A stretch of DNA of 56,253 nt, taken from Vulcanimicrobiaceae bacterium. Lineage in GTDB: Bacteria > Vulcanimicrobiota > Vulcanimicrobiia > Vulcanimicrobiales > Vulcanimicrobiaceae. The stretch spans positions 1 to 56,253 of the forward strand of contig JBDTCF010000026.1 in the NCBI GenBank assembly GCA_039923715.1, read 5' to 3'. Shown in pieces: positions 1-8,437 of this stretch (its first letter is position 1; each line of letters opens with the position of its first letter). The translations under genes and the position numbers were made by a program. The notes beneath the pieces are model-generated. The model made no database searches. It had not been told where the DNA came from and saw only the letters and a list, made by a program, of their open reading frames with translations.

Positions 1-2
1 AG

Positions 3-398
3 CCGCAAACCGGTCGGCCATGGCGCTGGTACCAGCACGACGTCGAGAAGGCGCAAGAGATGCGCAAGTGCATCGAGTGCTTCTTGTGTCAGGACGTTTG
101 CCACGTCCTCCGCTACGCCACCGAGGATAAACCGCAGTTCTTCGGACCGCGCTATTTCGTGCGTTCCGCCGGGCTCGATTTCCACCCGATGGACGCGGAA
201 GACCGCGTATCGGAACTTCGCGGCGAGGGCGGTCTCGGATTGTGCAACATCACGAAGTGTTGTACCGAAGTCTGTCCCGCGGGCATTCACATTACCGACA
301 ACGCGATCATTCCCGAGAAAGAGCGCACGGTCGATGCGCACGGCGATCCGCTTCGCGCGACCCTGCGCCGCGTTTTCGGCAAGGATAGCAAGGGTTAG
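3..398 (+). CDS. sdhB: succinate dehydrogenase/fumarate reductase iron-sulfur subunit, C-terminal part (5' end lies outside the window)
   Basis: The frame is open from the window edge (PQTGRPWRWYQHDVEKAQE precedes the first ATG). Cys clusters CIECFLCQDVC and CNITKCCTEVCP are typical of the SdhB/FrdB C-terminal ferredoxin-like half. Confidence 0.85.
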   Translation, partial: PQTGRPWRWYQHDVEKAQEMRKCIECFLCQDVCHVLRYATEDKPQFFGPRYFVRSAGLDFHPMDAEDRVSELRGEGGLGLCNITKCCTEVCPAGIHITDNAIIPEKERTVDAHGDPLRATLRRVFGKDSKG

Positions 399-401
399 AG
401 C

Positions 402-434
402 GTCGGTACGGTGGTTTGAAACCGCCGTACCGAC
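402..434. terminator. 13-bp stem-loop between convergent sdhB and the secreted-protein gene (candidate bidirectional terminator, no U-tract)
   Basis: GTCGGTACGGTGG (402-414), loop TTTGAAA, CCGCCGTACCGAC (422-434), with one G-U pair. It sits between the stop codons at 398 and 445. Confidence 0.45.
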
Positions 435-444
435 GAGCCGCTGG

Positions 445-1194
445 TTAGTGGTGCGCGGGGCCACGCCCGATCAGCGTGCCGTTAATGTCGATGTTGTCGA
501 TGACGGCTTGACCGCTATAGTCGGGACCGGTGTCTTGCCCTTCGTCGAAGATGATGTAGATCTGCCCGACCGGGCTCGTGATTGGCGGGAACGCTTGACT
601 CACGTCATACCGAAGGCGCGCCCAAGCCGGGCTCGAGGCGATGATGGTCGGCGGTGGTGAGTTGCAACCGATGAAGTGATCCACGTTGTCGCTGAGGGTG
701 ACGACGTCGAAACGAGGGGCGCCGCCTCCACAGTGCGACCCCGAGCGCAGGTCCCAGCCGATTTCGGTTAAGGTTAGCCCCGAGACGTTGGTCAGGGTCG
801 CTTGTCCGGCCGCATAGTTGCCGGTCGGCCCGGTCTTGGTCAGCAAGAGCCCGAAGTTGCGGTGGTCGCGCGGGTCGCCGGTCAGGCAGGCGGCATCCGT
901 AAAGGAGCCGATTGTCGGCGTGGCGATGCGCGCGTTGGTCGGACAGCCGAGCCCCGCGATCCATTGGGACGCGACCAGGTTCGTATGGTAGGGATCGTAC
1001 AGCGAGGCGACGACCTGGATGGCCGCCGTGTCGACCTTGCGGTGGGTCGGCGCGACCTTGCGGGCCGGCAAAACGACGTAGCCGCGGCCGTAGTGCAGCC
1101 GCAGATTTGGGTTGAACGGGGGCGCGGAAACCGCCTTGGAAATCGCGGGGGCGGTCAAAATCGCCCCCAGCGCAAGAATCAAAAGAGCACGCAT
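445..1194 (-). CDS. secreted hypothetical protein (signal peptide, 4 Cys)
   Basis: ATG at 1194 is preceded by GGGAGG. The N-terminus MRALLILALGAILTAPAISKA looks like a Sec signal. The 408-aa track ORF is an Arg/Pro-rich upstream over-extension that runs into the transketolase gene. I recognised no family. Confidence 0.7.
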   Translation of the reverse strand: MRALLILALGAILTAPAISKAVSAPPFNPNLRLHYGRGYVVLPARKVAPTHRKVDTAAIQVVASLYDPYHTNLVASQWIAGLGCPTNARIATPTIGSFTDAACLTGDPRDHRNFGLLLTKTGPTGNYAAGQATLTNVSGLTLTEIGWDLRSGSHCGGGAPRFDVVTLSDNVDHFIGCNSPPPTIIASSPAWARLRYDVSQAFPPITSPVGQIYIIFDEGQDTGPDYSGQAVIDNIDINGTLIGRGPAHH

Positions 1195-1220
1195 GATTGC
1201 CTCCCTGGAAAGCAAAGATA

Positions 1221-1244
1221 GGCGGGCTTCAAAACAAGCCCGCC
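1221..1244 (-). terminator. 9-bp GC-rich hairpin, candidate intrinsic terminator/attenuator downstream of the transketolase genes
   Basis: GGCGGGCTT-CAAAAC-AAGCCCGCC. On the minus strand it is followed by TATCTTTGCTTTCC. It lies only 27 nt upstream of the next minus-strand ATG. Confidence 0.35.
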
Positions 1245-1370
1245 GGAAAGCGGAAAACCACGTCCCCGCCAGGCGGGACCTTCGGGGCGGGGCGACTGGA
1301 ACCTGGCAAGAAATGGCCATGAAGGGAGTATGGCCCCCGCCCGCGCCACACGGCTGGCGCGGCGATTTTC

Positions 1371-2387
1371 TTAGGCGGTGCGTGCCTTTCGTTCGAACGC
1401 GCGGCGGACGGCGGCGACGATCGCCGAGGTGCCCATGCCGTAGTATTCGATCAGCTCGGCGGGATCGCCGGACTGCCCGAATTGGTCGTGGACGCCGATG
1501 AACTCGATCGGGACGGGGTGCCGCGCCGCGACGATCTCGGCGACGCGCGAACCCATTCCGCCGGCGACTTGGTGCTCTTCGACGGTGACGATCGCACCGC
1601 ACTCGCGGGCCGCCGCCAAGATGGTCACTTCGTCCATCGGCTTGATGGTGTGGTTGTTGACGACTCGGCACACGATCCCGTCGCGCGCGAGTTCCTCTGC
1701 TGCCGCGAGCGCGTTGTAGACCAGAATTCCACAGGCGACGATCGCGACGTCGTCGCCGTCGCGGAACGTCTGGGCGACGCCGATCTCGAACGGCGTGTCC
1801 TCGGTCGTGATCACGGCCGACTTCTCACGGCCGAAACGTAAGTACGTGGGACCCCAGCGCTCGGCTACAGCCAACGTGGCTTTCTTCGTTTGTGGGGCGT
1901 CGCACGGAACGACCACCAACATGTGCGGGATCGGACGCATGATCGCGATGTCCTCGATCGCCTGATGCGTGGCGCCGTCGGGTCCGACCGAGACGCCGGC
2001 GTGCGCGCCGGCGATCTTGACGTTCGTTTCGTTGAGCGCCATCGTCGTTCGGACTTGCTCCCAGGCGCGACCGGGGCAGAACATTGCGTACGAAGCGATG
2101 AACGGAACCTTCCCGACGCTGGCGAGTCCGGCGGCCATCGCGACCAGCATCTGCTCGTGGACGCCGATTTCGAGGTACTGCTGCGGAAGTGCGTCGGCGA
2201 AAGCTTTCATCCGGGTCGATTCGGCTAAGTCGGCGCAGATCGCCAAGACGTTCGGATTCGCTTTCCCGGCCTCGACGAGTCCCTCGCCGAAACCGTTGCG
2301 GGTGGGAACTTGCTTGAGGCTCGTAGCCTCACGATAGTCGACGAGATGCATCGCGGCGGCGGCGCGGTCGTTGCCCGTCTCAAGCAT
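1371..2387 (-). CDS. transketolase, C-terminal (pyrimidine-binding) subunit of a split transketolase
   Basis: TRNGFGEGLVEAG, EIGVHEQMLVAMAAGLA, GPDGATHQAIEDIAIMR and HTIKPMD match the Pyr and C-terminal transketolase domains. The ATG overlaps the upstream stop (ATGCTTGA). The alternative start MHLVDY is at 2351. Confidence 0.9.
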   Translation of the reverse strand: MLETGNDRAAAAMHLVDYREATSLKQVPTRNGFGEGLVEAGKANPNVLAICADLAESTRMKAFADALPQQYLEIGVHEQMLVAMAAGLASVGKVPFIASYAMFCPGRAWEQVRTTMALNETNVKIAGAHAGVSVGPDGATHQAIEDIAIMRPIPHMLVVVPCDAPQTKKATLAVAERWGPTYLRFGREKSAVITTEDTPFEIGVAQTFRDGDDVAIVACGILVYNALAAAEELARDGIVCRVVNNHTIKPMDEVTILAAARECGAIVTVEEHQVAGGMGSRVAEIVAARHPVPIEFIGVHDQFGQSGDPAELIEYYGMGTSAIVAAVRRAFERKARTA

Positions 2388-3237
2388 GCGCGACGATCCT
2401 TTCGTAAGCCGCCGCGAGTTCGGCCAGCGCTGCCGCCGCCTGGTCCTTGGTCGGCGGCTTGCCGTGCCAGGTGTAGTCGCCCTCCATGTACGAGACGCCC
2501 TTGCCGGGCAACGTATGCGCGACGATGACCGTCGGTTTTCCGGCGCCGTGCTTGGCCTGCTCGAGGGAGTCGATCAGCGCCCCCATGTCGTTCCCGTCGC
2601 ATTCCAGGACGCGCCAGTTGAACGAACGGTACTTGTCGGCGAGCGGCTCGAGCGGCATCACGTCTTCGGTGCTGCCGTCGATTTGAATGAAGTTTCGGTC
2701 GATGATGCAGATGAGGTTGTCGAGATTGAACTTGGCGGCGACCATGGCGGCTTCCCAATGCAGGCCGGCCTGGTGCTCGGCGTCGGACGTGACGACGTAG
2801 ACGCGCCAGTCCTTGCGATCGAGTTTCGCCGCCAGCGCCATGCCCGTCCCCTGGCCCAGCCCCTCGCCGAGCGGCCCGGACGTCGTCTCGAGCGAGGGCA
2901 AGCGCACGCGCTCCGGGTGGCCCTGCAGGCGCGTGCCGAACTTGCGCAGCGTCAAGAGTTCCTCGACCGGGAAGTAGCCGGCGTAGGCCATCGCCGAGTA
3001 CCGCACCGGCGCAATGTGTCCGCACGAGAGAAGCAACCGGTCGCGATCCTCCCATTCGGGATTTTTCGGGTCGTGACGCAGCACATGGAAGTAGAGCGCC
3101 GTGAACGCATCGGCCATGTCGAGGGGACCGGCGGAGTGTCCGGACCCGGCGGCGACCAAGCTGCGAATGATACCTTGACGCACCAAATTCGCCTGGGCCT
3201 GGAGTTCGGTCAGGCGGTTTGCGGGGAGAGCGGGCAT
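2380..3237 (-). CDS. transketolase, N-terminal (thiamine-diphosphate-binding) subunit
   Basis: GSGHSAGPLDMAD, LSCGHIAPVRY, GPLGEGLGQGTGMA and SDAEHQAGLHWEA are typical TPP-binding motifs of split transketolases. Confidence 0.9.
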   Translation of the reverse strand: MPALPANRLTELQAQANLVRQGIIRSLVAAGSGHSAGPLDMADAFTALYFHVLRHDPKNPEWEDRDRLLLSCGHIAPVRYSAMAYAGYFPVEELLTLRKFGTRLQGHPERVRLPSLETTSGPLGEGLGQGTGMALAAKLDRKDWRVYVVTSDAEHQAGLHWEAAMVAAKFNLDNLICIIDRNFIQIDGSTEDVMPLEPLADKYRSFNWRVLECDGNDMGALIDSLEQAKHGAGKPTVIVAHTLPGKGVSYMEGDYTWHGKPPTKDQAAAALAELAAAYERIVAHA

Positions 3238-3294
3238 AACGGGCGATTTACGCGCCGCGCGCCGGCCAATCCTCGAACGCGGCCGTGGGGCCGA

Positions 3295-3984
3295 TCACTT
3301 CGGGTAAACGAGCGTTGCGCTCGCAACGGTCCGCGCGTCGAGCCGAAGCTCGACCCGTTCGGCGCGGCCCGGGAGCCGGGCGAAGGCTGAGCCGACCGAG
3401 CCGTCGCCGCGAACCGTGCCGCAGTGGACCTCGCGGCCGGCAACCGTCGCGAACACGGCCAGCCCGGGCGCTGGGTGGTCGACCAACACGGCGATCCACC
3501 CCCCCGCCCGCGCGTATAACACCTTCGCTGCGAGCGGCGCAGCCCGCGGATCGACGACCATGGTTGCGTGCGAGAAGTGCCCGTGGACGATGGTTGCGAT
3601 TGCGATGGGGTCGAGTGCCGGGGTGCGGGACCGCTCCCGAAGCAGCGCTGCGAACGCCAAGCCGAAGGCCAGCGCGAAGACGAACGCCACCGCGAGCAGC
3701 GCGGGTACCCGTGCATCGCTCCGGCGTGGCGCGGCGCGTGGCGTGCTGAAGCGAACGCCGGCTGCGCTTCGGCCTAGGCGGTCGGCTAGGGCTGCCGGAG
3801 GCTTGCGGGCAGGGAGGTCGGCGGCGAGCGTGGCGAGCACCCCTTCCGCCTCGCCCAAGCGCCCCAGGCAGGAGGCGCACCCGGCGGCGTGCGCCTCGAC
3901 CCGGGCCGCGCTCCCGCGGTCGAGCAGGCCGAGTACGTAAAGTTCGAGGTCGTCGCCAAGGTGCTCGCGCGCGTGGTCGTTCAT
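3295..3984 (-). CDS. zinc-binding (ZAS-type) anti-sigma factor, single-pass membrane protein
   Basis: It starts at MNDHAREH with an ATGA overlap onto the sigma-factor stop. The H-x3-C-x2-C motif is present (EAHAAGCASC), as is a central TM segment VPALLAVAFVFALAFGLAFAALL. The rest of the 335-aa track ORF is an over-extension. Confidence 0.75.
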   Translation of the reverse strand: MNDHAREHLGDDLELYVLGLLDRGSAARVEAHAAGCASCLGRLGEAEGVLATLAADLPARKPPAALADRLGRSAAGVRFSTPRAAPRRSDARVPALLAVAFVFALAFGLAFAALLRERSRTPALDPIAIATIVHGHFSHATMVVDPRAAPLAAKVLYARAGGWIAVLVDHPAPGLAVFATVAGREVHCGTVRGDGSVGSAFARLPGRAERVELRLDARTVASATLVYPK

Positions 3985-4532
3985 CGATTCGATCCTTGCG
4001 GCCCGAGTTCGCCGGCCAAACGCCGCAGTCCGAGCGCCAAGCGGCTCTTGATGGTTCCGAGCGGTACGCCGAGTGCGAGCGCGATCGCGCGCTGCGATTC
4101 GCAGCGGTAGTACGCGCGCTCGAGTGCGACACGCTGTTCGGCCGGTAGACGGGCCAGCGCTACGCGCACCCGCTCGGCCTCCACGTGATCGACCACCTCG
4201 ATGCCCTCGGGAACCGCTGCTTCCAATTGGGAGGCGCGCTCCTCGCGTGCGCTGCGCCGGCCGGCGCTCCGCGTGGCGGCTAGCGCTTCGTTGCGCACGC
4301 ACGTCGTCAAAAATGCACCCAGCGCGCCTCGTTCCGGGCGATAGCTTTCGGGTCGTTCCCAGACCCGCAGCAGGGCGTCGTGAACGCAGTCCTCGGCGTC
4401 GTCGGCGCCGACGACGTGGGCGGCGACGGAAAAGAGCGCGCGTCCGTAGCGCGCGTACGCAGCTTCGAGCGCGCCGCCCTTGCGCGCGGCGAAGTCGTTG
4501 GCCAGCTGAGCGTCCTCCCCCGCGAGGGTCAT
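3981..4532 (-). CDS. ECF-family (sigma-70 group 4) RNA polymerase sigma factor
   Basis: Region 2 (DAEDCVHDALLRVWE) and region 4 (LPAEQRVALERAYYRCESQRAIALALGVPLGTIKSRL) are both present, and the 183-aa size fits. Confidence 0.9.
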   Translation of the reverse strand: MTLAGEDAQLANDFAARKGGALEAAYARYGRALFSVAAHVVGADDAEDCVHDALLRVWERPESYRPERGALGAFLTTCVRNEALAATRSAGRRSAREERASQLEAAVPEGIEVVDHVEAERVRVALARLPAEQRVALERAYYRCESQRAIALALGVPLGTIKSRLALGLRRLAGELGPQGSNR

Positions 4533-4603
4533 GCCGTGGCTATGCCGCCGGGGCAGGTCGCGGACGACTCATCCGGAGGAGCGAGCGGCGACATAGGGAG
4601 GAC

Positions 4604-4999
4604 ATGAAGCACCTGGTTCTCGGCGCCCTGCTCGTGGGCGCGCTCGGCGTCGGCGCGGCGTCGGGTAGCCTAGCGGGTCCGACGCCTGAGTCGAGCGCCG
4701 CACCCGACTCGGTCGCGGCCGAAACGGTCCACATCAAGGACTTCGCGTACCGGCCGACGCCGCTGAAAGTTCACGTCGGCGACCGGGTGACGTTCGTCAA
4801 CGACGACGATGAAGCGCACACCGTCACCGCGACCGACAAGCGCTTCGATTCCGGTGGACTCGATACGAACGGAACGTGGAGCCACACTTTTTCCGAAGCC
4901 GGTACCTATACGTATTTCTGCGCGCTCCATCCCTACATGAAGGCGACCATTGTCGTTCTGGGGTCGCCATCGCCCGCGCCAACGAGGAACGATCCATGA
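4604..4999 (+). CDS. cupredoxin (amicyanin/plastocyanin-like blue copper protein), secreted
   Basis: Signal peptide MKHLVLGALLVGALGVGAASG. Type-1 Cu ligands are EAHTV plus C-x2-H-x2-M in YFCALHPYM. The upstream 177 codons of the track ORF are Arg-rich and were rejected. Confidence 0.85.
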   Translation: MKHLVLGALLVGALGVGAASGSLAGPTPESSAAPDSVAAETVHIKDFAYRPTPLKVHVGDRVTFVNDDDEAHTVTATDKRFDSGGLDTNGTWSHTFSEAGTYTYFCALHPYMKATIVVLGSPSPAPTRNDP

Positions 5000-5883
5000 A
5001 ACGTCAAGACTTCTTGCACCACGTCGGCTGGACGGGCGCAGGCCTTGCCTGGACTCTCAGCTCGACGGGTTTGCTCCGCGCGGTTGCTGCGGCCGACGAG
5101 AGCGGTTTTACGTTCGTTCAGATTAGCGACAGCCACATCGGCTTCACGCGACCCGAGAATCCCGACGTCGCGGGTACGCTGAAGAAAGCCGTCGCCGCCA
5201 TCAACGCGCTGCCCAAGCAACCCGCGTTCGTGGTCCATACCGGCGACGTGACGCACCTCTCGAAACCCGAACAGTTCGACGCAGCCAAATCGATCCTCGG
5301 AACGTTGCGCGTCCCGCTGATCGTGTTGCCGGGGGAGCACGACGTGATCGGCGCGCCCGCCGCATTCTTCGATGCGTTCGGACGTAAGGAAGCGCCGAAG
5401 GGCTGGTTCTCGTTCGACCAGGGCGGAATCCACTTCGTTTCGTTGGTCAACGTGTTCAACTTCGAGATCGACGGGAAGCTCGGTGCGGAGCAGCTCGACT
5501 TCGTCAAATCGGACCTCGCTGCGCAGAAAGCGAGTACGCCGATTGTGGTCTTCGGCCACGTTCCGCTGTACGCGCTCTACCCGCAGTGGGGTTGGACGAC
5601 CGAAGACGGTGCGGCAGTCCTCGCCATGCTCAAACGCTTCGACGCGGTCACCGTGCTCAACGGACACATCCATCAAATCGTGCAGCACACCGAAGGCAAC
5701 ATCCGCTTCGCGACCGCCGCGTCGACGGCATATCCCCAACCGGCTCCAGGGAACGCGCCGAAACCCGGACCGCTCAAGGTTCCCGACGATCAGCTCTTGC
5801 ACGTGCTCGGCTATCGCACCGTCGAGTTTACCGGTGACGGACCCGCGGCGGTGACCGATCACGACCTGAACTCAAGCGGTTAA
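4996..5883 (+). CDS. metallophosphoesterase (calcineurin-like) with a Tat-like signal
   Basis: The start has an ATGA overlap with the cupredoxin stop. The N-terminus MKRQDFLHHVGWTGAGLAW is a KR variant of the twin-arginine motif. Motifs DSH (QISDSHIG), GD (HTGDVTH), GEHD, GH (FGHVP) and GHIH are present. Confidence 0.85.
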   Translation: MKRQDFLHHVGWTGAGLAWTLSSTGLLRAVAAADESGFTFVQISDSHIGFTRPENPDVAGTLKKAVAAINALPKQPAFVVHTGDVTHLSKPEQFDAAKSILGTLRVPLIVLPGEHDVIGAPAAFFDAFGRKEAPKGWFSFDQGGIHFVSLVNVFNFEIDGKLGAEQLDFVKSDLAAQKASTPIVVFGHVPLYALYPQWGWTTEDGAAVLAMLKRFDAVTVLNGHIHQIVQHTEGNIRFATAASTAYPQPAPGNAPKPGPLKVPDDQLLHVLGYRTVEFTGDGPAAVTDHDLNSSG

Positions 5884-7110
5884 AGAAGCCGCTGCGCGGA
5901 GGCCGGACCGTCCCTGGCGAGCGATTGGGGAGAGCCTGCTTGTCAGCCGCTCGGCGGTGAAGCGTGCGCCGAATGCAAATCGCAACACCGGCCCAAAACT
6001 GTCCGCGGCGCTCGCGCCGGCAAAGAACAAGCCCGGCAGCGAACTCTCGAAGTTGGGCGAGAGCACCGGCGCTCTCTCGTACAACCGCACGAACGGCAAA
6101 ACGTCGGTGAGAAAGGGAATACGCGCGAGGTCGGTGGCATATCCCGTCGCCGCGACAACGAAGTCGGTTGCGAGCAGCCGGCTGCGCCCATCCGCGGTGC
6201 TCTCCAGATGCAGCGCGACCCGTCCGTTGCGAACCTCCGCGCGCCGAAAAACAACGCTGGAATGCACGTCAACCTTGCCGACGATCGCGTCCTTCGTGAA
6301 CCAGCCGGGAGCAGGCCCCAGCGCCGTACGGGCGACCCGAACGCGCGTCCGTTGCGGCAACCGGTAGAAGACGTTCGGAAAGTCCGCGTAGAATCGTGCC
6401 TTCCAATTCTTCCCCAGACCGGACCACGGGTAGCGAACGCGTTCGAAAAGCGACCGCTTTCCTACCTCCGGCGGGGAGTGGAAAGCAAGTTCGTGGCGGC
6501 TCAGGATCCGTACCTGCGCGCCTGAAGCGCGCAGTCCGATCGCCGTGTCAATCGCAGAAGCTCCTCCACCGATGACGGTCACGTCGCGTCCGCTGAACTC
6601 GTCGAAGGATCGACGGCTCGAGCTATGAGCGCAGAACGCCGCCGGGAGGTCCGCGAACGGCGTGGGTACGTGTCGCGCGTAGGTAAGGCCGACGGCGACG
6701 ATGACGATGCGGGTCCGCACGCTCGCGCCGTCCGACAATTGGATCTCAAACTCGCCGCGGTTCCACGGTCGAATTGCGTCGACTCTCCGCGGGTCGATTT
6801 GGGGGACGAACGTTCTCGCAAAGGCTTCGCCGTAGTCGCAGAACGTCTCGAGCGAAACGGGTACGCCGATGTCGGCGTATTCGATCCCGTGCAGGCGGCA
6901 GTGCTCGGTCAGGGTGGAGCCGGCGCCTGGAGCGTAGAGATTTGAGGCGAATCCTTCGGATTTTAGGAACATGCCGGCCGGCATGTTCTTGCGCCAGCTT
7001 TCCATCGGAATGCCGAACGTGTGAACGGCCAGACCGCGTCCGATAAGGTGCGCGCTGATCGACAGGCCGTACGGACCCGCTCCGATCACCGCGATGTCGG
7101 CGACCCTCAC
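5872..7110 (-). CDS. FAD/NADPH-dependent class-B flavin monooxygenase-like oxidoreductase
   Basis: The GTG start overlaps the upstream stop (GTGA). IGAGPYG is a FAD GxGxxG motif, VIGGGASAID is a second dinucleotide fold, and the ATGY motif appears in FVVAATGYATD. Confidence 0.8.
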   Translation of the reverse strand: MRVADIAVIGAGPYGLSISAHLIGRGLAVHTFGIPMESWRKNMPAGMFLKSEGFASNLYAPGAGSTLTEHCRLHGIEYADIGVPVSLETFCDYGEAFARTFVPQIDPRRVDAIRPWNRGEFEIQLSDGASVRTRIVIVAVGLTYARHVPTPFADLPAAFCAHSSSRRSFDEFSGRDVTVIGGGASAIDTAIGLRASGAQVRILSRHELAFHSPPEVGKRSLFERVRYPWSGLGKNWKARFYADFPNVFYRLPQRTRVRVARTALGPAPGWFTKDAIVGKVDVHSSVVFRRAEVRNGRVALHLESTADGRSRLLATDFVVAATGYATDLARIPFLTDVLPFVRLYERAPVLSPNFESSLPGLFFAGASAADSFGPVLRFAFGARFTAERLTSRLSPIARQGRSGLRAAASLTA

Positions 7111-8354
7111 GCGTTGCTCCGCCGGTTAGCGGCCGCGGGGCGGACGGAATGCCAACCTAGATCGCGTCGCAGACGCGCAACGGCTCGGCCGAGTTCGTTC
7201 TTGGTTGTACGTGCGACGAGCCACGACCACAGGCGCCATTCGCGCAGACGCAACTCGCTTAGACACAGCCGCAGATGCGAGAGCCGGCTCACGCGCGGGT
7301 GTCTCAGTGCGTAGAACAGGTAGGATGGGAAGTACGCCTGGGTCGCAGCACCCGCATACACCCCCACCTCGGTGTCCGGTGCGCCGCGGACGAACGCGCG
7401 CACCGCCGGTTCGAAAAAGCGGCGGTTTATGCGAGCGCCGGCAAGCCCAAGCGTCGGTCGAGGGTTGAACTCAAGAAGAACGAGTTCGCGCGATTGTGAA
7501 TCGACAATGAAATCCAGTCCGGCGAAACCGTGAAAACCCGTCGCTGCCCCGACTGCGCCGACGATGACTTCGAGGTCCGGGTGAGCGATCGATTCGTGAA
7601 GCGTCGATGCCGAACGTGCATCGGGATAACAGCAGGACGTTCGCGAAGCTTTCCACGCGAGCGGTTTTCCGTGGACGTAGAGCACGCTGGCCGAGACATT
7701 GTCGCCGGCGATGAATTGTTGGACGAGAACGCGTCCGCTCGCCGACGTAAGGGCGAAAACGGCGGCGCGCAATGCCGCGACATCGTCCGCGACGCGGACC
7801 GCTCGTCCACCGAACCCACGGTCGCCCTTGACGACCAGCGGAGCCTGCAACTCGAGCATCCATTCCACTGCCTCCCCCGCGGTTTGAAAGAAGCGGGAGG
7901 CTGGGACGCTCACGCCGAGTTCAAGCATGTGCTCCAGGAACGAATACTTCGAGAGCACCGCCGAGCACTCGCCGCGAGCCGGAAACCAGCTACGGTGTTC
8001 GTCGGGCTTCATGGTGTCCGCCACAGCCGTCAGCAGATCTTCGTCGGCGACGATGACCCAGTCGTAGCGACGACGCGCCAGCAGCCGAGTCAATTGGCGA
8101 GCGGCCTCCAACGGGCGACGGGAGCAGTGCATGTGCTGGGAGACGAACGAACTGCGCCCCATGAGCCCGGGCGACAGTGCCTCAACCGTAAGTCCGGCCC
8201 CGGCCAACAGCGCGGGTAAGAATGCGGTTGATTCCCACGCCTGACAGGTGGCGACCAAACAGGTTCTTCGGAGTGGCGCTCCGCCGGCCGCGAAGTGGAC
8301 CGCCGATGAACCTCCGGTAGGGTGCGGTGGTGAGGCCAGGGTCCCGCTCGTCAT
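7107..8354 (-). CDS. ATP-grasp domain protein (unknown ligase)
   Basis: PLVVKGDRGFGGRAVRV, VLVQQFIAGDNVS and GFAGLDFIVDSQSRELVLLEFNPR are typical ATP-grasp strands. The start is uncertain: ATG at 8354 is used here, and the GTG at 8435 would leave only 2 nt to the divergent gene. Confidence 0.75.
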   Translation of the reverse strand: MTSGTLASPPHPTGGSSAVHFAAGGAPLRRTCLVATCQAWESTAFLPALLAGAGLTVEALSPGLMGRSSFVSQHMHCSRRPLEAARQLTRLLARRRYDWVIVADEDLLTAVADTMKPDEHRSWFPARGECSAVLSKYSFLEHMLELGVSVPASRFFQTAGEAVEWMLELQAPLVVKGDRGFGGRAVRVADDVAALRAAVFALTSASGRVLVQQFIAGDNVSASVLYVHGKPLAWKASRTSCCYPDARSASTLHESIAHPDLEVIVGAVGAATGFHGFAGLDFIVDSQSRELVLLEFNPRPTLGLAGARINRRFFEPAVRAFVRGAPDTEVGVYAGAATQAYFPSYLFYALRHPRVSRLSHLRLCLSELRLREWRLWSWLVARTTKNELGRAVARLRRDLGWHSVRPAAANRRSNA

Positions 8355-8437
8355 CGCGCCGATGCTAGCGCAGACGCCAGGTTGATTCAATCCCCGAAAA
8401 TGGCTATCGAGCCGGCTCCGGGCGTTCGGTCGCACCG

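Noticed and set aside
2225-4302. Several long overlapping ORFs (2225-3055 minus, 2371-3390 plus, 3248-4132 minus, 3285-3749 plus and others) lie across the transketolase and anti-sigma genes.
   Set aside because: Their translations are Arg/Pro/Gly/Ala-rich low complexity with no motifs. They overlap genes with clear family signatures in other frames. These are typical off-frame open reading frames of GC-rich DNA.
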